From Paraspadella gotoi (Eukaryota; Animalia; Chaetognatha), in contig JBJCIZ010000239.1 of assembly GCA_051294375.1 (NCBI GenBank), forward strand, positions 2,126,581 to 2,190,580: a DNA stretch of 64,000 bases. The letters are read 5' to 3'. This document shows positions 25,837 to 36,570 of the stretch, piece by piece; position 1 is the stretch's first letter; each line of letters starts with the position of its first letter. A model generated the notes under the pieces. The model saw nothing but the letters and a program-made list of their open reading frames with translations, did not search any database and had not been told where the DNA came from. The position numbers were made by a program, and so were the translations under genes.

Positions 25837-27094
25837 ATGATTTTTTTTATTGTTGAAAAATCTTTTTTTTACAAGGATCTTGTTTTGTATGTTATATGGA
25901 TCATTATCATTTTCAATTTACGATCACAGTTAATAAAAAATTTAAACAAACAAAAAATATACGCTTGATCTCCATTCTCCAAGCCTTGAGTGTTTAATTC
26001 ATGGAGCATAGCTGGACAACTGGATTGAGCTCGGTCCCTAAATAATAATTTCAGAGTTATTAAAAAATAATATGAATGAAAGTCAATGAATTTATAATTC
26101 ACTTTGTCGGTCCGTCGGTCCGCCCCCTCAATCTTGTCGGGCATTCACTTATCACATGTCAGAACATAGAATTATGATAAATTATGCAAAAAAAATGATG
26201 TCCGTCTGTCCCACCTTAGCAAAAAACACCAATTATTTGTAATTGGATGGATCAAATTAATTAATTGCCTAATTAATTGACTTGAATTAATTATTAATTA
26301 ATTAAATACCAATAATGATCATTGGCATATCCGACATTGTTTGCTCAAACTTGTTTTTGAACAAACATCAGTAAGGAATGATTTTTTAAAAGGTTACAGT
26401 TCCGACAGATCTCTGGGTAGAATATAGGATTAACTGAAAAGATTCTTTGGGGGGGGGGTTGCTATTTCAGATGAGAACATTGTTTGAGTAGTGCTTAATC
26501 TCGACTTAGTATTAACTCAATCCAAATACCAAAAGTTAAAAGTAAAATAGTAACTTTATTAAGTATTCAATATCCAATAGAGAAGAGAAACGAGTAGCAG
26601 TATGATAAAGATAAGTGCCAGAGCCAAAACGCAGCAGCAGAGCCGAGACGCAGCAGCAGCTCAAAGCTACACAAAAACTATATATCATTTAATACCTAAT
26701 GGTCTCATAAGAATCTCCCAAACATTAAGAATTTAATCTCATTTTATATACAAGGACAAAAATAAAACAATTAATGAGAGGAGAGTTCACATTTTGAGAA
26801 TACAATCAAAACATCTACTAGTTATTATTAACCAAAGAGAGACCAGATATTCAAAGTATAAAATTCAACCAATTAGAGGCTTTAAACAGAATTATTCGAG
26901 TCATTCAATTAAACTTAAAATTCAGATATTTGAGCATTTAAAGGATAAAAGGTCAGGGCTCAATTCAGATAAAAATTATGATAAACACTTTAACAATAAC
27001 TATGATAAAAACGAATGAAAAAATTTCAAATACATCTTCAAAACTGATTAATTAAATTATATAATTGTACCAATTTCATAAATTCACCAACTTC

Positions 27095-28333
27095 TTAATC
27101 CCAAGTTATGAGTTGAGGATAGCAATCTCTCTCCTCTGACCAGAAATCGCTAAGCTTCTCATACCACTTGGCCACTTGGTCGTTTTGTCGATGCATATAA
27201 TCACACAGTCGACAGAATCCCTCGACCACACTCTCTATCCGAATGTCATAGTATTTTCTCCAGGCGTGATATTCGTTGTATCGTTTATCGTCCATATCCT
27301 TTAAGTATTTTGCTAATTCTTTGGGACTGAATTTTAGCGCATCAATGTAGGATCCGGGAGGAGCTTGAGCGGTGAGGTTTGCGCCGTTGAGCACCACTGG
27401 CACAGCCGTCGTTCGTGCTAGGATTTTCCACATTTTCTCTGAACTGTAATCGCGACAAAGAGAGTTTTCAAAGGAGAGATAGAATTTATAATCGCGAGTC
27501 AACATTGACTCGCAATCCCCATTTCGTTTCCTTGAACATTTTTTTGAGCTGCATTCTCCATAGATATCTACGGGAATGTAACGACGAAGTTCGTCCACGT
27601 ACTTTTCTCGTTTGCTTGGAGTATGACAGTTGCTGACGAACCAAGCAGCTAGCTTTGTCTTGTTGGCCGAGTAATTGACTTTTTTTGTAATAACCTTTGA
27701 GCTTTCTCTTTTGATTTTGAATCCATAAGGGATTGGGATATCGCTGTCTAATCGATAGGTCATTGACAAATTGAAGACGGGCCCAAGAACATTTGCGACA
27801 GTTTTTTTTCCGGCCGGATTCAAGATCCAAGTCAACGATGGAGACTCCCGATTTAGAAAGATCCACCTCTGCCCTTTTGGCTTAAAAGGTGGAAAGTCAA
27901 AGCCTTTAACTAACGAAGCGCTTTTTTTCTTTGTAAGCATGTTGACTCCGTGAAAGATTACAGCATCCGCCTCCTTTAATCGATCCCGATCTTTCGTAAC
28001 CTCACACCGTTTTTCCCGACAACCTTTTTTGATAAACGGATTGGACCCATAACCAAAGTGAAAGTCATCTTGTTGAAAGAATTTGGTCCACAAAAGGATG
28101 ACCTTGTCATAATTAGATTTCAAAGCTTTCGATTCGGTCTTGTTTAGCGGTGTTGACGATAAATTTTGTAGAAACTGTTTGATTTTCCAATTCCTATCTT
28201 TGTAGATGGCACTGACTACCACATTTTGGATTATGTCTCTTCCTGTCTCATTGATGATGAAATAAGCGAAGCAGAACGTAACGATGATGGCAGTGATTTT
28301 GCGAGCCCAACGGAAACGCATCTGAGAAGCCAT
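27095..28333 (-). CDS. Alpha-1,3-fucosyltransferase (GT10 family), intronless CDS, 412 aa
   Basis: N-terminal TM anchor; ILLWT, ADAVIFH, QRWIFLNRESP, FNLSMTYRLDSDIPIPYG, AAWFVSNC, YKFYLSFENSLCRDYSSEK. Confidence 0.95.
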   Translation of the reverse strand: MASQMRFRWARKITAIIVTFCFAYFIINETGRDIIQNVVVSAIYKDRNWKIKQFLQNLSSTPLNKTESKALKSNYDKVILLWTKFFQQDDFHFGYGSNPFIKKGCREKRCEVTKDRDRLKEADAVIFHGVNMLTKKKSASLVKGFDFPPFKPKGQRWIFLNRESPSLTWILNPAGKKTVANVLGPVFNLSMTYRLDSDIPIPYGFKIKRESSKVITKKVNYSANKTKLAAWFVSNCHTPSKREKYVDELRRYIPVDIYGECSSKKCSRKRNGDCESMLTRDYKFYLSFENSLCRDYSSEKMWKILARTTAVPVVLNGANLTAQAPPGSYIDALKFSPKELAKYLKDMDDKRYNEYHAWRKYYDIRIESVVEGFCRLCDYMHRQNDQVAKWYEKLSDFWSEERDCYPQLITWD

Positions 28334-28804
28334 TCTTCTCTAGGAAGTTTATTAAACGGATTTTAAACTGGAGTGAAATGATAGAACTTGTAATATCTAT
28401 GTCAATCTATGCCAATCAATATCAATGGGGTAGGTCGGGAATTTGATTTGGGAACCTTCCCAACTAAAACTACAGACATTTCTGAGAAAACTTTCAATGG
28501 ACCAAAATATTCTAAAATGGCTCGAAGCACTAGTAATTATTTTTTTATATATTTATTTATAGATAAGAATTTTTTTTAAAATTTTGGACAGATAGCTTAT
28601 AAACAGTTGTCGATACTAAGTATAATTCTTTTTTCAATATTTTGAGAAAAACCTTAAAAAATCATTTTTATCATCATTACACGATAATTTTAAGAGTTTT
28701 TATTAATTTTGATGATAAAAACCAAAATTTTAAAAAGTTGTAAATACATTTTTGTTTAACTTTTTGAGCTCTATCAGAATCAATTGAAAAACTTAACTTA
28801 AGTA

Positions 28805-29490
28805 TCGTCTTTTTAATTCACTTTGTCAGTCCGTCAGTCCGCCCCCTCAATCTTGTTGGGCATTTAGTTATATCTTGTCAGAACATAGAATTATGATAAA
28901 TAATGCAAAAAAAATGTCCGTCCGTCCGTCTGTCTGTCCCACCTTAGCAAAAAACACCAATTACTCGTGATTTGAAGGAGTGATTGGCATGAAATTTTGT
29001 GTGTGGGTAGGAAAGTGTGTGATTGAGCTGGAAATTAAGTTTTGATGGAATCGTCCGATTGGAATTAAGTTAAAATGGAAAAAAAACCAACAAAATATAT
29101 TTCACTATTTGAACTCCAACTACTCATGAGTGAAGGGGGCGATTGACTTCAGATTTTTTATGTTGGTAGAAAAGTGTGTGATTGAGCAGGAAATAAAGTT
29201 TTGATGGAATCGTCCAAGTGGAAATGAGTTAAAATAAAAAAAAAACAATTTATTTTACTACTTGATTATGCTTTTTTTATTTTTATATTAAATGTAAATT
29301 CAAGCTGCATTAATTAATTATTAATAAATAAGTAATTAATTAATTATTAATTATTTTAAATTAATTAGATAATTAAAGTAGAAAACAATTTGACATGAAT
29401 AAAAAAATTAATATTAATTAATTAATTATCTGATCAGCTGCTTACCGCTAATGATCGTGGGCAGATCCGGCATTGTTTGCTCAAACTTGT
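28805..29490 (+). mobile_element. Helentron-associated (HINE/DINE-1-like) non-autonomous element
   Basis: Same family as 40551-41801: GTCC/GTCT microsatellite, internal repeats, GCAGATCCG...GTTTGCTCAAACTTGTT end. Confidence 0.6.
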
Positions 29491-29502
29491 TAAATAATTT
29501 AA

Positions 29503-31985
29503 TTAGCGTCTCTGCAAGATCGGGTTTCCATTAGTGACACAATCATTTTCCTTTGACAAAAATTTTGTCAAATCCGAATAAGATTTTCTTGGGAGGTGGA
29601 CGTCATGAAGGGCAGCGCAAAGGTCGCACCAAGCAAGCTCCACGTTGCGTGAATGAATGCCGTAGATCTCATAGTGGCGTCGCCATTCATGTAAGGTATT
29701 GTATTGCGCATTGTTGACGTCATAATACTTTGGGAGAGGTGATAGGTGTAAAGATAGAAATGAAGGATAGAGTAAAGAAGTTTGTACTAATAATTTTGTG
29801 TCTGTTTGAGCAAAAAGCCAATCAGATAATTAGTCTATCTCACATATTTAATATGTATGTAGTCGGGCATAGCAAAGTTCACCCAAACCCTCAAGCCTGG
29901 TTCCAAGCCCAGGACCCGTTCCATGGCTGCAAGAGGGGGTTATAGAAGTTACGGATAGTCATCTTCAGCCCACTTAGCGCCTTATCCACATGTATACCAA
30001 AATTACCTTAAATACCATACTTTCTTAACACATGCAGACTAAAAAACAATCTGAATGAAATTAAGTAATTTTTTACCCTCCACTCATTTCCCAATATATC
30101 TCTTTTCTCTCTTATTTCTCATAATTTCTCTCATTTTAGGAAGATAATTTGTTACCTTGAGAATTTTCGCTAATTCCTTTGGTGTAAGATTGTTAGCATC
30201 TATCACTGCACCAGGAGGCAAGCGCTGTGGATCATATCCTCCAGAGAGGACGACCGGAACTGCCGTTGTATTTGATAGTATCGTCCAAGTCTTTTCCGTC
30301 ATGTAATCTCGACAGATAGAATTGTCAAATGATAAATAAAATTTGTATCTAAGGAGATTAAAAAAACAACGAATCAAAGTGTTAATCCATGTCTAATTGT
30401 AAAAAAAATATTTTTATGTGTTTATAAAAAACCCTTTTATTAAATTCTGACAACCAATTTATAATTTAATTTTCCAAGATAAAAATTAAACCTTTCCTGT
30501 TTTAAATTTTTTGACAAAAAAATGGTACGCATTTTTTTGGTATCACTCGCGAACTGACACGGGGTATTTAACTTTTCTTCCTATCAGGAGGATTTGTCTT
30601 TTACACTCTCTACTATGAGCATTTTCCCTTTACTTTCTATAGAAATTTGCTCTTCTGTCTGCACCCACTAGATCTTTACTTGCAACTTCTCCCCAACAAA
30701 ATAGCAAATTTTTGCCTGTTTAGTCTTAATAAACCTGATGACTTTACAAACAAAAGAGCATTTTGAAAAACAAAATAGTAATTAATTTTAGTTTAAGTAC
30801 ATCCATTTCTTAATCTATGTCTTGATCAAAGCATTTTAATCATATATTATATATCGAAATAAAAATAATATTGTTTTGATTTATAAGATAAATTTTTCTT
30901 TGGCAACGTACCAAACTGCTACTTATACTTGCAGTAACAGTTCAGTAAGCCTTTGAAAGTGATTTACATGTATTGGCGCAGGCACTAGTTTTTATTTGTT
31001 ATTATAATGATGATTCGTTGTAACTCTGTTAATTATCACTGCCTTTTAAAAACAAAGAAAGAAAGGAAAATACCACAATTTATAATCTAAATTAAATAAA
31101 TTATAGTTTTTTTCAACCGGTCTTTTTTCTTTTTATTTTTCGTATTGTTTTCCTAGCCTTTTACCATAAGTATGTTAGTTATTCTTACTTTTTTGCATAT
31201 TTATTCTGTACATATTCTATCCCTCCTTTTATTTTTCACTTAGTTCTGTATCAAATAGAATGGTACCTCTTTAAAATGGTGTAGCATGCTGGAGATCCAG
31301 AGTAGATGACTTTGGGACACTTTTTGGGCCCACAGTTGCCATATACATCCACGTCAATATTCTTTTGCAGTTCTTCAACATATTGTTCACGCAGGGAAGA
31401 TGTTTTGCAGTTGGACACAAACCAAGCAACAAGTCCTGTTTTTCCGATTGTGTAATCCGTCTTATCCTCAGGACATGAATTTTTCTTTGTACATATTTTT
31501 TTCCAGAAGCGACCATAATGAATTGGGATGTCGCTGTCCCTGCGGTAAGTCATCGTCCAGTTGAAAACATTGTTGAATAGTCTGAGATCGAGATAGCTGT
31601 AGACCGGTGATTCCAAATTAAAATAGATCCACCGCTGATGGGGCGGATGCGTTTCGGGCATGTCATAGCCAGGCACCAATGATTGAGCATTCCTTGACCG
31701 ATCATAATGAACATCTCGGGAGCGAAACAAGATGGCGTCAGCTTTGGTCGAGATATTCCTCAATAACGTTGTCTCGCAAGAATAAATGGGGCACTTTTCA
31801 AAAGCTACTGCTCCAATGCTTATCCCAATATTACGGCTTTTGGTCAGCCAGGAATTCCAGACTAAAATGATTTTGTGGGCGTGTGCTGGAATCGGCAACT
31901 GAAAGCGGCTCTTGAAATAAATGTAGATGAGAAAGTAAAACACCGCAACGGTTAATAACGTAAAAAAACGTATTGTAAATTTCAT
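29503..31985 (-). CDS. Alpha-1,3-fucosyltransferase (GT10 family); exons 31267-31985, 30156-30348, 29503-29727
   Basis: ADAILF, QRWIYFNLESP, FNWTMTYRRDSDIPIHYG, VAWFVSNC, YKFYLSFDNSICRDYMTEK, last exon HEWRRHYEI...WCDLCAALH; splice phases consistent. Confidence 0.92.
29886..29992 (+). repeat. Partial copy of the second twister-like repeat family (homologous to 56568-56670, opposite strand)
   Basis: CTCAAG CCTGG TTCCAAGC CCAGG ACCCGTTCCATGGCTGC...CACTTAGCGCCTTATCCACA. Confidence 0.55.
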
Positions 31986-32176
31986 TTCAGTTTTTGTGTT
32001 TTCAGAGAGTTCTGAGATAAAAATGACAGAAGTTTTTACATTTTAAAAATTTAATGTTTTCCAATAGGGACGTAACTTTCTAAGTTTTCTATTGCAGTTG
32101 TTTTTTTAGCATGATAGAAAAAAAATGAAGTATCAGGATATCTCATATTACCGGGGTTTACCCAGCTATTACTCAT

Positions 32177-32797
32177 TAGGGTGGAGTGATGAAAAGATTG
32201 AGCGATCGAACAATTTTTTTTTGCTGCCTTTGTATATATAATAAAAAATAATTAAGCCCCTTTTAAAATAAATTTTATATAACAGTATCATTAATTGAAT
32301 TTTCTTTATAGTAATATCCTTATAAAATCATAAAATTTCAAAATCATATTTTTTTCAATTTTAAGAACTGTTCTGGATTCGCCGAAAAAAACTGAAAAAC
32401 TTTTGTAAAATATGTTTTATAATATTTTTAGGTTATAGCTGCGATAAATGACTAAAACGTTTCATCATATATTAGTTTCAGAGCATAAAAAAGTAAGATA
32501 TTTTAACATTTGTTTTCATTTTTGATACTGAAGGCACGGAAATTTTTAATAACATGTTTTATATTTTTGATCTAACTTTTTATAAAGAATCAGAATCTTT
32601 AATAAAAATTTTTTAAAAAAAATTTGAAAATTTATTATTTTCTAAGGATATTACTATAAATATATTGTAATTAATGATACTGTTCCCCAACAATACAAGC
32701 AAAATATTTTTTGTACTCCTTAATCATACGATCTTACATCTAAATATCCTTGTTTGTTCACTCAAGTAAAATTTATGTTCCCAAGTGCTCCACTCTA
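32177..32797. mobile_element. hAT-type MITE with perfect 8-bp TSD
   Basis: Termini TAGGGTGGAG / CTCCACTCTA, flanked on both sides by TTACTCAT; a second copy in opposite orientation at 54568-55209. Confidence 0.85.
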
Positions 32798-33625
32798 TTA
32801 CTCATTCCCTCTATCATCAGTGTTATTCGATTATAATCATTTTTAATGCAAAGATCGGCCGTCTGGAACCGTAGTTTTTACGGATTCCAAGGATTTATTA
32901 CAAACATTTATTCGACATTTCATTGATTTTCCTTGGATTTATCTCTACGAAAATACAAATAATTTACAATTTATTCTTCATTTTTCGAAGTTTTCTTCAC
33001 GCTTCGAGATTTAGTAAGATACTACGAAATCCTTGCTCCTTGTCAAAACCTGTTCATCCGACGGCCGACGCCTCGAACCCGCGACCCCGCAGGCATAGAA
33101 AAAACAAAAGATTTTATACAAAGAAATATAACTCTTTTTTAAAAATTATTTTATTAAGTTGGTCAAATATCAGAAAAACCTATATATTGAGCTGAAAATT
33201 GAAATTTTATATGTTAAATATATTTTTTAAAATTTTTAACCCAATTAATGAAAGAATTTTTAAAAATGATTTCTATTTTTTTTATAAACTTTTGACGAGG
33301 AATTCAAATCTGAAATCATAATTAAGAGCCTATTTTGAAATTTTTCATTTCTATAAGGATAGTACTATATATAAATATAGTCTAGTGCGAAAATTTAAAA
33401 TAAAATAATGTTCACTGATGGTAGGCTGTTCATAATTGACTTTTAGAATTTTCCGAACTTTCACTACGTTATAGCCATCAGTAAGTTACTGACAGTAACG
33501 CGCCAACCGAGGTAATTGAGCCACCCCCAATTTCATACATGAGGCCGGTGGTTCAATCCCCCACAATCTTTCTTGGCATGTTTCTCGAACCAACAAGGGT
33601 TTTTGTATTGTATTTCTAAACGTTT

Positions 33626-33840
33626 TATGGTGGACGAAAATCCACCAACCGTTCATCAGCGGCCATTGGTGCCGGAGGCAAGTCATTCCCTCCCAACCCA
33701 AAGGATCCCGGGTGGTCGCCTAGCAGTTAAGAGGGACGGGGCTTAACCCGCCTGTAACATGTGTTACAGCCTGATCCGAAGCTCAGGGACTGCTTATATT
33801 GAACGGTTCTGTCATTAACACAATAATTACTGTCTCTTCA
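33626..33840 (+). mobile_element. Solo copy of the twister-bearing structured repeat
   Basis: Matches 37102-37335 along its length. Confidence 0.85.
33723..33793 (+). ncRNA. Twister ribozyme, P5-type permutation (best preserved copy; predicted cleavage 33744/33745)
   Basis: P5 GCAGTT/GACTGC; GA+CGG; TAA; CCC; GC; P3 CTGTAACA/TGTTACAG; P4 CCTGA/TCAGG with loop T-CCG-AA-GC; T1 CCG:CGG and T2 GC:GC pseudoknots both complementary. Confidence 0.78.
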
Positions 33841-35159
33841 GTTTCTTCAATATAAAAGGGTGTTAGTCCTTCAAACCGGAGATGTGGAAGTGATCTATTT
33901 TCCCCCGCTTCCCGAGACCCTTCCCGCTCCCGATTTCGAATGCAATCCTTATTTTTTTAGCCCAGATCGCTTTCGAGTGCACTGCACATCGCTTCCTTCT
34001 TGTAAAAATTTTACTTTTGTTATTTCATATAAAAATACTTTTTTAGAATAATTTTAAATAATCTTTTTTTGTTTAAAAATAATATGTAAAATTTTAAATA
34101 GACTTATTTTAATTTTTTAAAATCTTTTACTATGTAATATTAAATTTTTTAAAAACTATTTGATAGAGAAGAGAGAGAGAGCTTTTTTTTTTATATCTCT
34201 TCCTCTGTTTTTCTTTCTTTTTTAGTCTCTCTTTCTCTCTTTTTTTTGCTCTAAGTAGCATATAGTTATTCTCTGTTTGTTTATTTTTGATAATAAAGAA
34301 TATATATTTATATAAAAAATGAATAAAATGAGATTTAAAAAATAAAAAATCTTTTTTGAAAAATAATTCCTTAATTTTCTTTGAACTTTGGTTAACCATT
34401 AAAAATTATTTAAATGTTAAATTTGAATTAATATTAAAAATAAATAAATAAAACAGAATAAAATATTTTATATAAAGATCTGTTCAAAAAAGGATCGCCA
34501 AACAGCTCTATTTCTTTCCTACAGCCATCTGCAGAGTTGTCAACAAATTTGAAGCAACTGTTGAGCTCTGATTTTATTTTCACTAACATCCTGCGCCATC
34601 TCAAAATAAGCAAATAATTTTAAATGTTAAAAAAAATTAAAAAAAATAAAGAAAGACAGAGGGGCAATCAAAAAAAGAAAAAAAGAAAGAGAGAGCAGTG
34701 GGTTACAAAGTTTTAATCAAGTGCCTTTCTTTTCTCACCAATAAAAACAAATGATCTGGAAGCGAACACGCAGGGTTATTATAGCTTCCGGGTTCAATTC
34801 TTTATTCTCAATTTTTCTATCACTCCCAGTTTCGCTTTCCTTAAAAATCGGCCGCTTCCACAGTGTTTGCTTACGCTTTCCGGATCGCGTCCACATCTCT
34901 GCTTCAAACTTATTCTTTTCCACGCCATGTATAGATTTATAGTGTTTGAAGATAATGAATCTGTTGAGAGAAAAAATGACGGACGCGTTTGCCAAAATTC
35001 ATACCCAATAATATAAATACTATAACTCCAATGACAAAGTTGACGAATTTTTTAAAAGTCTTTTTTGATAAGCCTGAATGAGGAAAGTAAAAATACAGAT
35101 TAAAAATTCATACCAAAAGGAAAAGCTGCAAAATTTGATAATAAATTTGAATCTTAATT

Positions 35160-35325
35160 CAGGAAAAACAGTTTTTAAATGAGAAAACAATGATTTTATT
35201 GACAATTAGTCGGACATGTTTCGACTCTTACATTGCGAGTCTTCATGAGTAAGAGTCGAAACATGTCCGACTAAATGTCAATAAAATCGTTGTTTTCCCA
35301 TTTAAAAACTGTTTTTTCCTAAATT
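35160..35325. repeat. Fold-back palindrome built from two hammerhead-bearing Penelope-like ends
   Basis: Arms ~35160-35232 and ~35250-35322 are reverse complements, each with GAGTCGAAACATGTC; CTCATGA variant core on the minus strand. Confidence 0.65.
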
Positions 35326-36570
35326 CAAAAACGCAACGAAAAGAGTTAAAACACAAAATCTTAATTCAATAATACAATCTTAATTCAATCTTAATTCGAT
35401 CTTAGTAATTTGATAATAAATTTGAATCTTAATTCAATCTATAACTTTAATTTTTTTTTAACATCAAACGAATGACTCTCCCCTTCCTCAGCGATAGTTG
35501 CTCTGACAGTACAGAATTTTTTTTCGCCGCCTTCTTCTAAAAATTCTGGGCAGCCATAAGAATAGATATGTTTTTAGTCGGATCTGCTTACCATGATGGG
35601 GAAAAAAATTGTCGCGGTTACTTTCCAGCTATTTTTCGGCATTTTAATGTGAGAATTGAAAATTAAAATTTACATATCGAAAAACTTTGGCCTATTGTGA
35701 TTCATATGAGCTGTGTCTCATTAATGTATAATAAAAAATACAAGAGTTCCATGCAAAAGAAAATGAGTTGTCCAAAAAAATGCTTCCTTCATTTTTATCT
35801 TTTACATATCTACATTTTTCATTTATATTAATTTCCGGTTCTTTTTTATTACTTTTTGAGTTAAACCGTTACTATTAAAAATCCCTGCCTTTTCTCAGTC
35901 TTAGGTCAAATAGTTATTGCATCAGCTCTATTAGGATAGATTCAGGGATGAATCTTAATTCATATATAAAAAAAATAGTGGCATTAAAAATACATTAATG
36001 CTGTAGATGCTCTAGAATATTCTTTTTATATTGTAAAGTATCAATAAATGTTATAATCACATTATGCAATAACTACTCAAGCCTGGTTTACTTTATAAGG
36101 ATAAATTTTTTTCACTGCTTGCCAAGAACCATTTTTGCCCTAAATCTGATAAAAAATAATAAAAATGATATTAACAATAATGTGAGTAGTCCTCTTGATC
36201 AAAAAGAGGGGAAAACAGTTGGAGACGACCTCTTTTGGAAGTATTTGAATGCATTAAATAATTTTATGCTGTTAAGAAATAATCTTTTTATTCAGTCCTA
36301 GGGAGGTCATATTACATATTAAAACCTATTTTCCGGCCAAAAAATATATTTGACAATGAAATTAACCGACTTTTCCAAACCGCGACAATTTTTTTTCCAT
36401 CGTGGTATAAGCAGATTCCGACTCTATATATATCTATATATATATATCTATATATCGATAATCCACTTTGTCGGTCCAAATTTATTATCCAACTGCAAAG
36501 CCCCTGTTAAACCAAACTGTGTCCTATGTGCAAAATAAAGGGTCAGCTAAAGCACGGTCCGTCGTCGCAG

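Noticed and set aside
33500-33570. B-box-like GGTTCAATCCC sequence as a tRNA gene
   Set aside because: No cloverleaf can be formed; at most a decayed SINE head
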